Shown: in pieces, positions 43,010 through 51,560 of the stretch | How positions within the stretch are numbered: position 1 is the stretch's first letter | Layout: each line of letters begins with the position of its first letter | Origin: an uncultured Candidatus Saccharibacteria bacterium | Lineage (GTDB): Bacteria; Patescibacteriota; Minisyncoccia; Phycocordibacterales; UBA2100 | Direction: 5' to 3' | DNA: 62,467 nucleotides | Assembly (NCBI GenBank): GCA_964399345.1 | Contig: CAYNQE010000002.1 | Span: forward strand, 1 to 62,467 | Program-made: the position numbers and the translations under genes | The notes under the pieces: model-generated | Told to the model about the DNA's origin: nothing | Seen by the model: the letters and a program-made list of their open reading frames with translations, nothing else | Database searches by the model: none

Positions 43010-43360
43010 TTACATTAGAGTGATCTTATCTCCCTTGGCAAGGTATACGTAGGCTTTCTTACCTCCTGATTTAACCCCTTTAATACCTGTTCGGACATTT
43101 CTCTTTGTCTTTTTGGCAATAGTAGTTACGTGAACCTTAACTGGATCTACTTTGTAGATTAGCTTTATTGCTTCTTTAATCTGTTTCTTGTTAGCATCAG
43201 GGGCTACATCGAAAACATAAACGCCTCTTTCAATACCCATGGTAGCCTTTTCGGTAATACGAGGGTGTGTTAAAACTCTAGCGATATTTTCTTTACCACT
43301 GGTAGTAACTTCAGCTACCGCCCCCTTCTTCTCTTCTTCTTTTTTTCCAAATAGTGCCAT
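43010..43360 (-). CDS. rplW: 50S ribosomal protein L23
   Basis: LTHPRITEKATMGIERGVYVFDVAPDANKKQIKEAI. Confidence 0.93.
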   Translation of the reverse strand: MALFGKKEEEKKGAVAEVTTSGKENIARVLTHPRITEKATMGIERGVYVFDVAPDANKKQIKEAIKLIYKVDPVKVHVTTIAKKTKRNVRTGIKGVKSGGKKAYVYLAKGDKITLM

Positions 43361-43364
43361 AAAA

Positions 43365-44027
43365 TTATTTTGATCGCTCTTCTAACTCTTTAACTCCTTC
43401 TGCCGGATTAACAATTACGATTGTCTTGTATCGTAGTGCCTCAACCGGGTTAAGGTTTCGAACCTCACCTAGTTTAACGTTTGCGAAGTTACTAAAACTC
43501 TTTTGTGCTAATACATCCTTCTCTGGTGTTGCAATGTATGCTGCATTAAATTTCTTTGAAGAAAGAGTCTCGAATCCTTTAATTGAAGAGAGTTTTGCTA
43601 GTACCGCTTTAGCCTCAGACGTCTTAGGTGCCTTAAATTCTAGTGAATCTAGGAAAAGAATCTCTCCATCTTTGTGCTTCTTTGAAAGAACACTGTATAG
43701 TGCCTTCGCACGCATCTTTTTGTTGATCTTCTTTGCAAAGTTTCGATCGTTTCGTGGACCAAAGGTAACTCCCCCTCCTCTCCAGATTGGTGAACGGCTT
43801 GAACCATGTCGCGCTCGTCCAGTTCCTTTCTGCTTCCAAGGCTTTTTACCTCCACCCTTTACTTCTCCACGCATTTTTGTGTGGGCAATAGCACTTCGAG
43901 CGTTTGCCTGCATACCTACAACCACCTGATGTACTAGATCAGCATTCCACTTTGTATCGAAAACAATGTCAGATACTTCAATCTGTGTTCCTTTCTTTCC
44001 TGTTTGTGTGTATACGTCTATTTTCAT
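43365..44027 (-). CDS. rplD: 50S ribosomal protein L4
   Basis: GGGKKPWKQKGTGRARHGSSRSPIWRGGGVTFGP. Confidence 0.95.
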   Translation of the reverse strand: MKIDVYTQTGKKGTQIEVSDIVFDTKWNADLVHQVVVGMQANARSAIAHTKMRGEVKGGGKKPWKQKGTGRARHGSSRSPIWRGGGVTFGPRNDRNFAKKINKKMRAKALYSVLSKKHKDGEILFLDSLEFKAPKTSEAKAVLAKLSSIKGFETLSSKKFNAAYIATPEKDVLAQKSFSNFANVKLGEVRNLNPVEALRYKTIVIVNPAEGVKELEERSK

Positions 44028-44031
44028 AATA

Positions 44032-44634
44032 TTATCCGCGTATTTCTACGAGTGTTCCAGGGCGACCGGGTATTGCCCCTGAAATTACCAATGTGTTGGT
44101 ATCTTTATCAATTTGTAGAACCTTTAAGTTCTTTACGGTAATTCTGTCAGACCCCATTCTTCCTGCCATTCTTAGTCCCTTAAGAACTCTCTGTGGTCCA
44201 GTTGATCCAATTGATCCAGGACGACGCTCTGAGTGCTTGTTACCGTGAGTACGTGGTCCTCCTGCAAAGTTGTGTCGTTTAACAACACCCTGGTTACCTT
44301 TACCTTTGCTTATAGCGCTAACCGTTACGTTATCACCAACTTCAAAAGAAGTAACATCGATAACATCTCCTTTGTTAGTCTCACCTGTTTCCATTCGGAA
44401 TTCTCGTACTGTTTTAAAAGCTCCAAGATCACCAAAGTGTCCCTTTTGCGCTTTCTTTAAGTTCTTTTCTTTTTGAGTTTCGAATCCAACTTGGACAGAT
44501 TCATACCCGTCAGTTTCTCCTTTAACCTGAGTTATAGTTATCGGTCCTGATGAAACAACTGTTGCAGGAAAAACCTTTCCGGCTTCGTCGAAAATTTGAG
44601 TCATCTTTTGTTTTCTTCCAAGAATGAATTTCAT
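44032..44634 (-). CDS. rplC: 50S ribosomal protein L3
   Basis: MKFILGRKQKMTQIFDEAGKVFPATVV...GKGNQGVVKRHNFAGGPRTHG. Start set at M6 of the track ORF. Confidence 0.95.
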   Translation of the reverse strand: MKFILGRKQKMTQIFDEAGKVFPATVVSSGPITITQVKGETDGYESVQVGFETQKEKNLKKAQKGHFGDLGAFKTVREFRMETGETNKGDVIDVTSFEVGDNVTVSAISKGKGNQGVVKRHNFAGGPRTHGNKHSERRPGSIGSTGPQRVLKGLRMAGRMGSDRITVKNLKVLQIDKDTNTLVISGAIPGRPGTLVEIRG

Positions 44635-44645
44635 ATGTATAAAAA

Positions 44646-44663
44646 TCACGGCAGGTAAGCCGT
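44646..44663 (-). promoter_or_regulatory. Attenuator-like hairpin in the rplC leader
   Basis: Minus strand reads CACGGC-TTACCT-GCCGTG followed by ATTTTATACAT-ATG. A second hairpin GTTCC-CTCG-GGAAC lies further upstream in the same leader. Confidence 0.4.
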
Positions 44664-44722
44664 GTGTTAACAGTGCATACCATTGGTTCCCGAGGGAACT
44701 TAGCCATCCTTAAGACTCAAAG

Positions 44723-44750
44723 AGTATACATGAGAGTTTTGTTTGTGCAA
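44723..44750 (-). promoter_or_regulatory. Sigma-70-like promoter upstream of rplC
   Basis: Minus strand reads TTGCAC (44745-44750), 16-nt spacer, TATACT (44723-44728). It sits immediately after the terminator hairpin of the inserted gene. Confidence 0.55.
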
Positions 44751-44757
44751 GAGTTAA

Positions 44758-44785
44758 CCCTCGCCAAGACAAATCCCGGCGAGGG
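44758..44785 (-). terminator. Terminator hairpin after the inserted 146-aa gene
   Basis: Minus strand reads CCCTCGCC-GGGATTTGTCTT-GGCGAGGG. Confidence 0.5.
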
Positions 44786-44807
44786 CCATTTTCACTAGTA
44801 CCAGTTC

Positions 44808-45248
44808 TTACAGAACTCGTCCTTTTCGCATGCGGATCGTTATCTCGCAATTCAAAGAACTCATCCTAAAGCTGATTTTAGCGTTTTTTCTCAGAAGGCT
44901 GAGTGTTTTCTTTTTCGCCACAATTATTGCGGCTGGAAAACTCGCCTTTGATGCACCGTAAGTTGGGAATTTCGTCGTTCCCTTCCCAATGGTACATACA
45001 CCCCCCACTAAATACTGACCGTGAGGTGCTTTGACAAGAAAGGCACTGCAATGCCCCTTGTCTCGAACACCCTTGGAGGTGCTGGAGCATTTCGCGGCAG
45101 CCTTCCTCACTGCCACCTCCACACTGTCGGCAGTGGCTCCACCTTGCCCAGTAACACTGACCGCGATGACATCGATTTTGCCGGCACCTGCAAAAGATGG
45201 AGCAAGTAAGAGAAGGCTAAATAATGCCGTAAAAATTAACCGGGACAT
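44808..45248 (-). CDS. Secreted orphan protein (146 aa), G+C-richer than its neighbours
   Basis: Signal peptide MSRLIFTALFSLLLLAPSFAGAG and SD AAAGGA 6 nt upstream. My hand count of 44881-45180 gives 156/300 G+C, against 23/60 for a line of rplC. Confidence 0.55.
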   Translation of the reverse strand: MSRLIFTALFSLLLLAPSFAGAGKIDVIAVSVTGQGGATADSVEVAVRKAAAKCSSTSKGVRDKGHCSAFLVKAPHGQYLVGGVCTIGKGTTKFPTYGASKASFPAAIIVAKKKTLSLLRKNAKISFRMSSLNCEITIRMRKGRVL

Positions 45249-45319
45249 TTGACATCCTTTCTATGCAACACAGAGTCACATATATACACTTGTACCACGT
45301 TCAAACAAAATGTCAACAC

Positions 45320-45351
45320 AAAAAACCGCCCTCTTATGAGGGCGGTTTTTT
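45320..45351. terminator. Strong bidirectional rho-independent terminator immediately after rpsJ
   Basis: AAAAAACCGCCCTC-TTAT-GAGGGCGGTTTTTT. Confidence 0.8.
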
Positions 45352-45361
45352 GCAAAACGGA

Positions 45362-45718
45362 TTAAACCATCTTTACATCAATTGAAACTCCTGCCGGCAA
45401 ACTAATGTTTGTGAGGGCTTCAATGACTTTTGGAGTCGGGTGAAGAATCTCGATAAGACGCTTGTGTACTCGCATCTCAAATTGTTCTCGCGCATCCTTA
45501 TGAACGAATGCTGCTCGGTTAACAGTATACTTCTTAATTTCTGTAGGAAGTGGTACTGGTCCTCGAACTTCTGCTTCATAACGAAAAGCGGTATCGATTA
45601 TTTGCTTCACTGAAACATCAAGCAGTTTGTGCTCGTAGGCACGAACGCGAATTCGTAGGCGCTCGGTACTTACTTTTTTCGCCGTTGCTTTCTTTGTTGT
45701 TTTCTTAGTTTCTGTCAT
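45362..45718 (-). CDS. rpsJ: 30S ribosomal protein S10
   Basis: RLRIRVRAYEHKLLDVSVKQIIDTA...GPVPLPT...HKDAREQFEMRVHKRLIEI. Confidence 0.95.
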   Translation of the reverse strand: MTETKKTTKKATAKKVSTERLRIRVRAYEHKLLDVSVKQIIDTAFRYEAEVRGPVPLPTEIKKYTVNRAAFVHKDAREQFEMRVHKRLIEILHPTPKVIEALTNISLPAGVSIDVKMV

Positions 45719-45751
45719 AGAACGTAGCGTACAATACGCTGAATACGTGTT

Positions 45752-46948
45752 TTATGCAACAACTTTAGTTACAACTCCGGCTCCTACTGTACGTCCACCT
45801 TCACGAACTGTGAACTTCATTTTCTCATCAAGGGCAACTGGAGTTACCAATTTAACCTTAAAGGTTGAGGTGTCTCCTGGCATTACCATTTCTGTTCCAT
45901 CTGGAAGAGTAACCTCTCCAGTCACGTCTGTTGTTCGCATGTAGAACTGAGGCTTGTATCCACTAAAGAATGGAGTGTGTCGTCCACCTTCTTCTTTTGA
46001 AAGAACGTAAACTTCTGCTTCAAACTCAGTGTGAGGTGTAATTGATCCGCTTGCGGCCAATACTTGTCCTCGGTGAACATCCTCTTTCTTTGTTCCTCGT
46101 AGAAGAATTCCAGCGTTGTCTCCAGCAAGTCCCTCATCAAGGTTCTTGTTGAACATTTCAATACCAGTAATTGTTGTCTTTGTTGTTTCTTTAATACCAA
46201 CGATTTCAACTTCTTCTCCTAGTTTAACTTTTCCTTGTTCGATTCGTCCAGTGACCACAGTTCCTCGTCCTTCGATTGAGAAGATATCCTCAATAGGCAT
46301 TAGGAAAGGCTTTTCTGTGTCACGTGCTGGAACTTCAAACCATTCGTCCATGGCTGTAGTAAGTTCAAGAATCTTCTTTGTCCATTCATCATCAACTGAA
46401 GTTGATTCAGTTCCCTTAAGAGCTGATCCTCGGATGAAAGGAGTGTTTTCTCCGTCAAACTCGTATTGAGTTAGAGTCTCTCGGATCTCTTCCTCTACTA
46501 GTTCGATCATTTCGTCGTCCACATCAGGCATGTCTGTCTTGTTCAAGAAGACAATTATCTTAGGAACACCAACTTGCTTAGCAAGAAGGATGTGCTCACG
46601 TGTTTGTGGCATAAGTCCATCAGTTGCGGCAACTACAAGAATAGCACCGTCCATTTGGGCTGCTCCTGTGATCATGTTTTTAATGTAATCGGCGTGACCA
46701 GGCGCATCAATGTGTGCGTAGTGACGCTTTTCTGTCTCGTACTCTTGGTGAGACAGGGCGATTGTAATTCCTCGCTCCTTTTCTTCAGGTGCGTTATCGA
46801 TATCATCGATATTCTTCATCGTTACGTTTTGTCCCGCAAGATGAAGTGAGTTCAAAATAGCAGCAGTAAGTGTTGTTTTACCGTGGTCAACGTGACCAAT
46901 AGTACCAACATTCATGTGCGGCTTTGAACGGTCAAAATTTTCAGCCAT
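45752..46948 (-). CDS. tuf: Elongation factor Tu
   Basis: [39 protein letters not shown]. Start set at M44 of the track ORF (46948). Confidence 0.97.
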   Translation of the reverse strand: MAENFDRSKPHMNVGTIGHVDHGKTTLTAAILNSLHLAGQNVTMKNIDDIDNAPEEKERGITIALSHQEYETEKRHYAHIDAPGHADYIKNMITGAAQMDGAILVVAATDGLMPQTREHILLAKQVGVPKIIVFLNKTDMPDVDDEMIELVEEEIRETLTQYEFDGENTPFIRGSALKGTESTSVDDEWTKKILELTTAMDEWFEVPARDTEKPFLMPIEDIFSIEGRGTVVTGRIEQGKVKLGEEVEIVGIKETTKTTITGIEMFNKNLDEGLAGDNAGILLRGTKKEDVHRGQVLAASGSITPHTEFEAEVYVLSKEEGGRHTPFFSGYKPQFYMRTTDVTGEVTLPDGTEMVMPGDTSTFKVKLVTPVALDEKMKFTVREGGRTVGAGVVTKVVA

Positions 46949-47083
46949 ATAAATATTATGGTTAGTTGTAATTATCAAGTGTAGAGTCGCGAGAACTGCT
47001 ACCCTATAGTTAATAATTACGTTATTAAATACACTGTGTACGCAATATAAAAAAGCGCACAACACGCGTGGGACCATGGTATC

Positions 47084-47113
47084 AAAAGAGCGCTTGTAGT
47101 CAAGCGCTCTTTT
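47084..47113 (-). terminator. Rho-independent terminator after the 347-aa secreted protein gene
   Basis: AAAAGAGCGCTTG-TAGT-CAAGCGCTCTTTT (palindromic, so it works on either strand). Confidence 0.75.
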
Positions 47114-47125
47114 GTGTTTTTGATG

Positions 47126-48169
47126 TTAGATCTCCTGCCAGGCCGGAGAAATATAGACTGTTTCCACGTCTCTTATATTTTCCCCTCTAGAATCAGTACA
47201 AGAGAGGGTAAATACTGTCTTTTCAGTTATCGGAGAGGTGTCTACTCTTCCCGAACGACCACTCCAAGAATCGCCGTTCGTACCAGTAACGCTACAGTTT
47301 GTTGATTCAACTGATGCCCATGTAATTGTAGTAGTCTGTCCGTCTCCAACTAAAGTAGGTTTTGCTTTCAGAGAAATGTCAGTGTCCCCAAGAGTAGGAG
47401 GTGAGACAATTGAACAACTTGGGTACTGCCCTGAGAAGCCTGAAGGACACGTCCCACAATCTGGATATGTTCCTGAAGTACCTGAAGGACATACACTTAC
47501 GTCACATATATTATTGCTAACCACCTCTGGATATCCTGAAACTGATATAACACACGTGTTGTTACAGTTTCTTGAACCAAACGCCGTTCTTGGAACACTC
47601 TCTCCACAAATAGTTTCTGTGAATGATTGAGAACAAGCGGTCCCTAAGTATGAAGGAAGTGCCGGGATTGTTGCAGTACAGGCGTACGATCCTGATCCTC
47701 CGGTACATTTATTACCGGTCCCTGAGAATCCACATGCATTTATTGCAGATGGGCAACTAGAAACCGTGCAAGAGCCTCCTGTAATTGGAGGATCGCCGGG
47801 ACCTGGACCATCTCCTCCAACTCCGACTTCAAACCCATTCCCTCCACCTGAATATACGGCACGGCCCTGGTTATCATAATCCACAAAATCACCAACTGGA
47901 TTTGCAACCTCTGTTGCATTATTTACCAAAGATTGAAATGCCTGATCTTCTGGAGACATATTATTACTACCTCCCCCTCCAAAAACATCACCTATTGCAT
48001 CACTTATTGCATCAAAAAAGTCTCCTATTGCTTCAACAAAGCCACCACCGCCTTCACCTCCTTCACCTCCTTCACCCTCGGCCGAAGTTATAAGTGGTGC
48101 AGAAAAAGCTACAAGTAAACTTATAAAAAAGACAAGTACCACTTTGTTAGAGAGTTGTAATGAGAACAT
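47126..48169 (-). CDS. Secreted Cys-rich protein, the Hint-less paralogue of 49737-51455
   Basis: 347 aa. Signal peptide MFSLQLSNKVVLVFFISLLVAFSAPLITSA, Gly/Glu linker, AIGD repeats, many Cys motifs, and a C-terminal module ending PAWQEI. Confidence 0.7.
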   Translation of the reverse strand: MFSLQLSNKVVLVFFISLLVAFSAPLITSAEGEGGEGGEGGGGFVEAIGDFFDAISDAIGDVFGGGGSNNMSPEDQAFQSLVNNATEVANPVGDFVDYDNQGRAVYSGGGNGFEVGVGGDGPGPGDPPITGGSCTVSSCPSAINACGFSGTGNKCTGGSGSYACTATIPALPSYLGTACSQSFTETICGESVPRTAFGSRNCNNTCVISVSGYPEVVSNNICDVSVCPSGTSGTYPDCGTCPSGFSGQYPSCSIVSPPTLGDTDISLKAKPTLVGDGQTTTITWASVESTNCSVTGTNGDSWSGRSGRVDTSPITEKTVFTLSCTDSRGENIRDVETVYISPAWQEI

Positions 48170-48256
48170 ATTAGTTTAATTAAAAGTATTTACTAAATAA
48201 TACACTACAAAATATCTCCGTATTCTATATATCCACATATTTGCTATTATTCGGCT

Positions 48257-49774
48257 ATGAAAAAACTCGCTATTCTTGCTGGATTATCTGCAGCCATATC
48301 CTTTAACGCCACATATCTATGGCCTTTAGGAGTACTTTCGTTTGCTCTATTTATATATTTACTTAAAAAGGACGAAGAAACCATTAAAATTAGCTGGATT
48401 TACGGCTTTATATTTATGGGAAGTAGCATTCTTTGGGGTTTTTCGGCTTTTCCTCTTTCAAGTATTGGTATTAGTGACCCAATAATAAGTGCTGTACTAC
48501 TTCTTTTTATATGGACATTGAGTTCACTCCTTCTAGCTTTACCAATAGCACTATTTGGTTATTTGTTCGTAAAATTTAAGCAAAATTCAAATATTGACCT
48601 TCTTTTTATCCCAGCATTGTGGGTATTACTAGAAATACTACGATCCTTACTTTTCTTTATCCTAACTCTAGCTCCACAATCTGTTATCGGACCGCACTGG
48701 ACCTTTGGCTACAGTGGCTACATTCTTGCAGGAAGTCCACTACTACTACAATTAGCATCCTTTGGAGGTGTGTATCTCTTAGGTTTTATCTTTGCGCTCG
48801 CTGGAACTGCTTTAGCTTACAATTATAAGAATAAATATGTTCTTTTTTCTTTTGTAATTCTCTCAATTCTATTCTACACTCCAATTAATGGAGAGATTGG
48901 TGGGGAGACACTAACTATTGCTGCATTAAAAACAACAGAATCTTCGTATTTCTCATCTGGAGGAATAGATAGAGAGTCTCGCTTACAAAGAATCGCTGAA
49001 TTAATTACCCTGGCATCCAAAGAAGATTCTTTGGACCTTATCGTAATCCCCGAAGATGCGCGGTTTATAAAACTACTCTCCGAAGAACAACTTAGTAAGG
49101 TACCAATAAGAAATGAATCTTTTCTTTTGGGATCTTCTAGGCTTGATACCCAAAATGAACCTGCTAAGTCACGAGTAATGACGTACTCCCACACAACCGG
49201 TAAGCAAGAACACTACACCAAGCTACTTCTTGTACCTGAGAGTGAATATCTATCCATTTTTTACCAACTCCTCTTTACCATTGTAGGACTAGGGGAAAGA
49301 GTGGATAATTTTAGTAACTTTAAAGAATACGGAAGAGGTAAAAAGGCAACTCCGACTTTACTGGGGGATATAAACGTAGCAGCCTCTCTGTGTTCTGAAA
49401 TATATTCTCCACTTATTCAAAGAGACCTATCTAAAGACTCTGGAATTATAATAAACTTAGCATCTCACTCTAGATTAAAAGGATCTAAGATTTTATTTAA
49501 TCAAATAATTGCAATGAGTAAAGTCAGGGCAGTTGAAAACAACAAATACGTGGTGCAGGCAACGAACTTTGCAAACTCCTTTGTCATATCAAATACTGGA
49601 GAAGTAGTTGAAATGACTTCATCAGATAATGACTTTAGTTACTCTCTTGCTGAAGTTCCAATAATTTACAAACAAACAATATTCTCTAAGTTACCGTACT
49701 TAGTTCCAGTACTCTCCATTCTTTTAATACTCCTTTTTAGAATTCTTGCCAGGCGGGAGCAACTTGAACTGTAG
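48257..49774 (+). CDS. lnt: Apolipoprotein N-acyltransferase
   Basis: 505 aa. Polytopic N-terminal half plus a CN-hydrolase domain with the triad context IVIPEDA (Glu), YTKLLLVPESEYL (Lys) and AASLCSEIYSP (Cys), then a final TM helix. TATTAT lies 6 nt upstream of the ATG. Confidence 0.8.
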   Translation: MKKLAILAGLSAAISFNATYLWPLGVLSFALFIYLLKKDEETIKISWIYGFIFMGSSILWGFSAFPLSSIGISDPIISAVLLLFIWTLSSLLLALPIALFGYLFVKFKQNSNIDLLFIPALWVLLEILRSLLFFILTLAPQSVIGPHWTFGYSGYILAGSPLLLQLASFGGVYLLGFIFALAGTALAYNYKNKYVLFSFVILSILFYTPINGEIGGETLTIAALKTTESSYFSSGGIDRESRLQRIAELITLASKEDSLDLIVIPEDARFIKLLSEEQLSKVPIRNESFLLGSSRLDTQNEPAKSRVMTYSHTTGKQEHYTKLLLVPESEYLSIFYQLLFTIVGLGERVDNFSNFKEYGRGKKATPTLLGDINVAASLCSEIYSPLIQRDLSKDSGIIINLASHSRLKGSKILFNQIIAMSKVRAVENNKYVVQATNFANSFVISNTGEVVEMTSSDNDFSYSLAEVPIIYKQTIFSKLPYLVPVLSILLILLFRILARREQLEL

Positions 49775-51455
49775 TGGTGTCAGTAAAGTCCCCTTCAACA
49801 CAATATAGTGTGTATGTAGTTTCTTCTGTTATCGCACCTGTTGTTTCATTACCACTTACTCCAGTCCAGTTATCTCCGTTTGTTCCTGACACTGAACAAT
49901 CAAGAGCAAGTTGAGTTGTCCATGTAATTGAAGTTGTACCTCCTGAGAGAACTAGTAGTGGTTGTGCTGCAACACTTCCTGTTGCAGGATCACACGTTGG
50001 AGCAGCCTCACTACAGGATCCATCACATTGTTGAGTTCCAACACTTCCAGATCCGCACCTATTAGATTCCTGACAAGAAGTCCCATATCCTGGAGGATTT
50101 GGTGGTGCTGTTGTACTACATGTGCCACCACACGTATACGTTCCTGGATTTTGAGAACCGCAGCTATTTTCTGGAACTGGATTACATGCTTGTCCGTAAT
50201 TTGAAGGAACAGAGGCACCAGAAGTACTACAAGAACCACTACATTGAATGGTCCCTGTGTCAGGCCCACACGCACTTGTTTCAGTACACGAATCTCCATA
50301 ATCAGAAGGAATTGTTGCTCCAGTTACGCTACACTGGCCATTACATTGAATTGTTCCTGTTCCTACACCACATGCATTTGTCTCGGTGCAAGAATCTCCT
50401 AAATTGGAAGGTGCGGAATTAGTAGCATTACATGAGTATGAACCGATTCCATTTACACATTCTTGACCTGTGCTTGACCCACAAGCGTTAGATATTGTGC
50501 AAGATTGTACTGTACATAATCCTCCGGGTCCATCAGGTCCTTCCCCTTCGTCCCCTTCGTTAACACCACCATAGTTATACCCAATTGAATCATCATAGTA
50601 ATAATCCACACCGTCTTGAGTGAAGGAGTAGCTCCCAACAGTATTTGTTAATTCGGTTGCAAACATTGCATGAAGTTCATTTCCACTAACAGTACTCCCT
50701 CCAGTATTTGTATCTCCTCCTAAGAAATCGCCAATCGTGTCAACAACATCTACAACAACATCCACGACGTCGTTTGCTACGTCTACTACAACATCTACAA
50801 CATCATTCGCTACATCCCCTATAGTATCTACAACCCCGTCAACTACGTCACCAATAGCGTCCACAACATCATTCACTACATCAACTACTGCATCTACAAT
50901 ACCTCCGCCATGATTTTTATTGTGCGCCAAAACACCGTCTGCAAAGAAGGCGTTGTATTTATCAACTGTCTTTAAGTTATAAGTTCGTAATTCTCCTTCA
51001 ACATATTCAATTGATTCAACTTCAACCCATCCATCTTCTGTGAATACCTCAGCTCCAATCTCTAATTGTGCAATTGGCCTTAGCTTTGTATCTTCGTAAG
51101 TAACTTCAGGAACGATAGATGCCCATCCCTTTTTGGTATAAAGAGGGTGTTCGTTTGTAACTCTAAGTAAGTCTCCATTAATTTCATAATACCCTTCTCT
51201 AATTGGGGATTCTAACTCTAAAACCTTTGCCTCAACAAAAGAATTTGTCTTAACATCATATGACCTTACAACATCTCCAACCTTAACTTCTTCGATGTTA
51301 ACAGAATCTCCATCTGGAAGAGAAATCTGAGTACCTGCTGGAAAACAAGAATCTCCACCACCTTCTCCACCGGCTGAAGAAACTACAGGAACTGCCAAAA
51401 GAGCAGCCGAAAACATTAGAAAAATCAGTTTTCTAGAAAGTTGTAAAGAAATCAT
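49737..51455 (-). CDS. Secreted protein: signal peptide, Hint (intein-like) domain, Val/Asp repeat, Cys-rich modules, conserved C-terminal module
   Basis: 572 aa.
- Signal peptide MISLQLSRKLIFLMFSAALLAVPVVSSA.
- Hint domain aa 37-179, from CFPAGTQISLPDG through VTNEHPL to FFADGVLAHN.
- VD-rich repeats aa 186-243.
- About 5 copies of a ...YG.SC.E.N.CG.G.GT.QC.G.CS... module.
- The protein ends in PAWQEF. Confidence 0.8.
   Translation of the reverse strand: MISLQLSRKLIFLMFSAALLAVPVVSSAGGEGGGDSCFPAGTQISLPDGDSVNIEEVKVGDVVRSYDVKTNSFVEAKVLELESPIREGYYEINGDLLRVTNEHPLYTKKGWASIVPEVTYEDTKLRPIAQLEIGAEVFTEDGWVEVESIEYVEGELRTYNLKTVDKYNAFFADGVLAHNKNHGGGIVDAVVDVVNDVVDAIGDVVDGVVDTIGDVANDVVDVVVDVANDVVDVVVDVVDTIGDFLGGDTNTGGSTVSGNELHAMFATELTNTVGSYSFTQDGVDYYYDDSIGYNYGGVNEGDEGEGPDGPGGLCTVQSCTISNACGSSTGQECVNGIGSYSCNATNSAPSNLGDSCTETNACGVGTGTIQCNGQCSVTGATIPSDYGDSCTETSACGPDTGTIQCSGSCSTSGASVPSNYGQACNPVPENSCGSQNPGTYTCGGTCSTTAPPNPPGYGTSCQESNRCGSGSVGTQQCDGSCSEAAPTCDPATGSVAAQPLLVLSGGTTSITWTTQLALDCSVSGTNGDNWTGVSGNETTGAITEETTYTLYCVEGDFTDTTTVQVAPAWQEF
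50727..50900 (-). repeat. Coding imperfect tandem repeat (Val/Asp-rich, roughly 12-15 nt sub-units)
   Basis: Encodes IVDAVVDVVNDVVDAIGDVVDGVVDTIGDVANDVVDVVVDVANDVVDVVVDVVDTIGDF. The DNA shows reiterated GTnGAY/ACATC-type units. Confidence 0.7.
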
Positions 51456-51531
51456 GAATAATTTATGTTAAATATAATGTACATTCATTGTACACCCTAC
51501 AAATTCAACTCTTTTCCGTTATGTGAACAAC

Positions 51532-51559
51532 AAAAAACCCGTCTTTCGACGGGTTTTTT
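51532..51559. terminator. Rho-independent terminator after fusA
   Basis: AAAAAACCCGTC-TTTC-GACGGGTTTTTT. Confidence 0.8.
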
Positions 51560-51560
51560 G

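Noticed and set aside
50700-50900. Possible CRISPR-like or non-coding tandem array
   Set aside because: The repeats are short, imperfect and in-frame within a long ORF (the Val/Asp-rich segment of the Hint-domain protein). There are no spacer-like unique units, and no cas genes are in the window.
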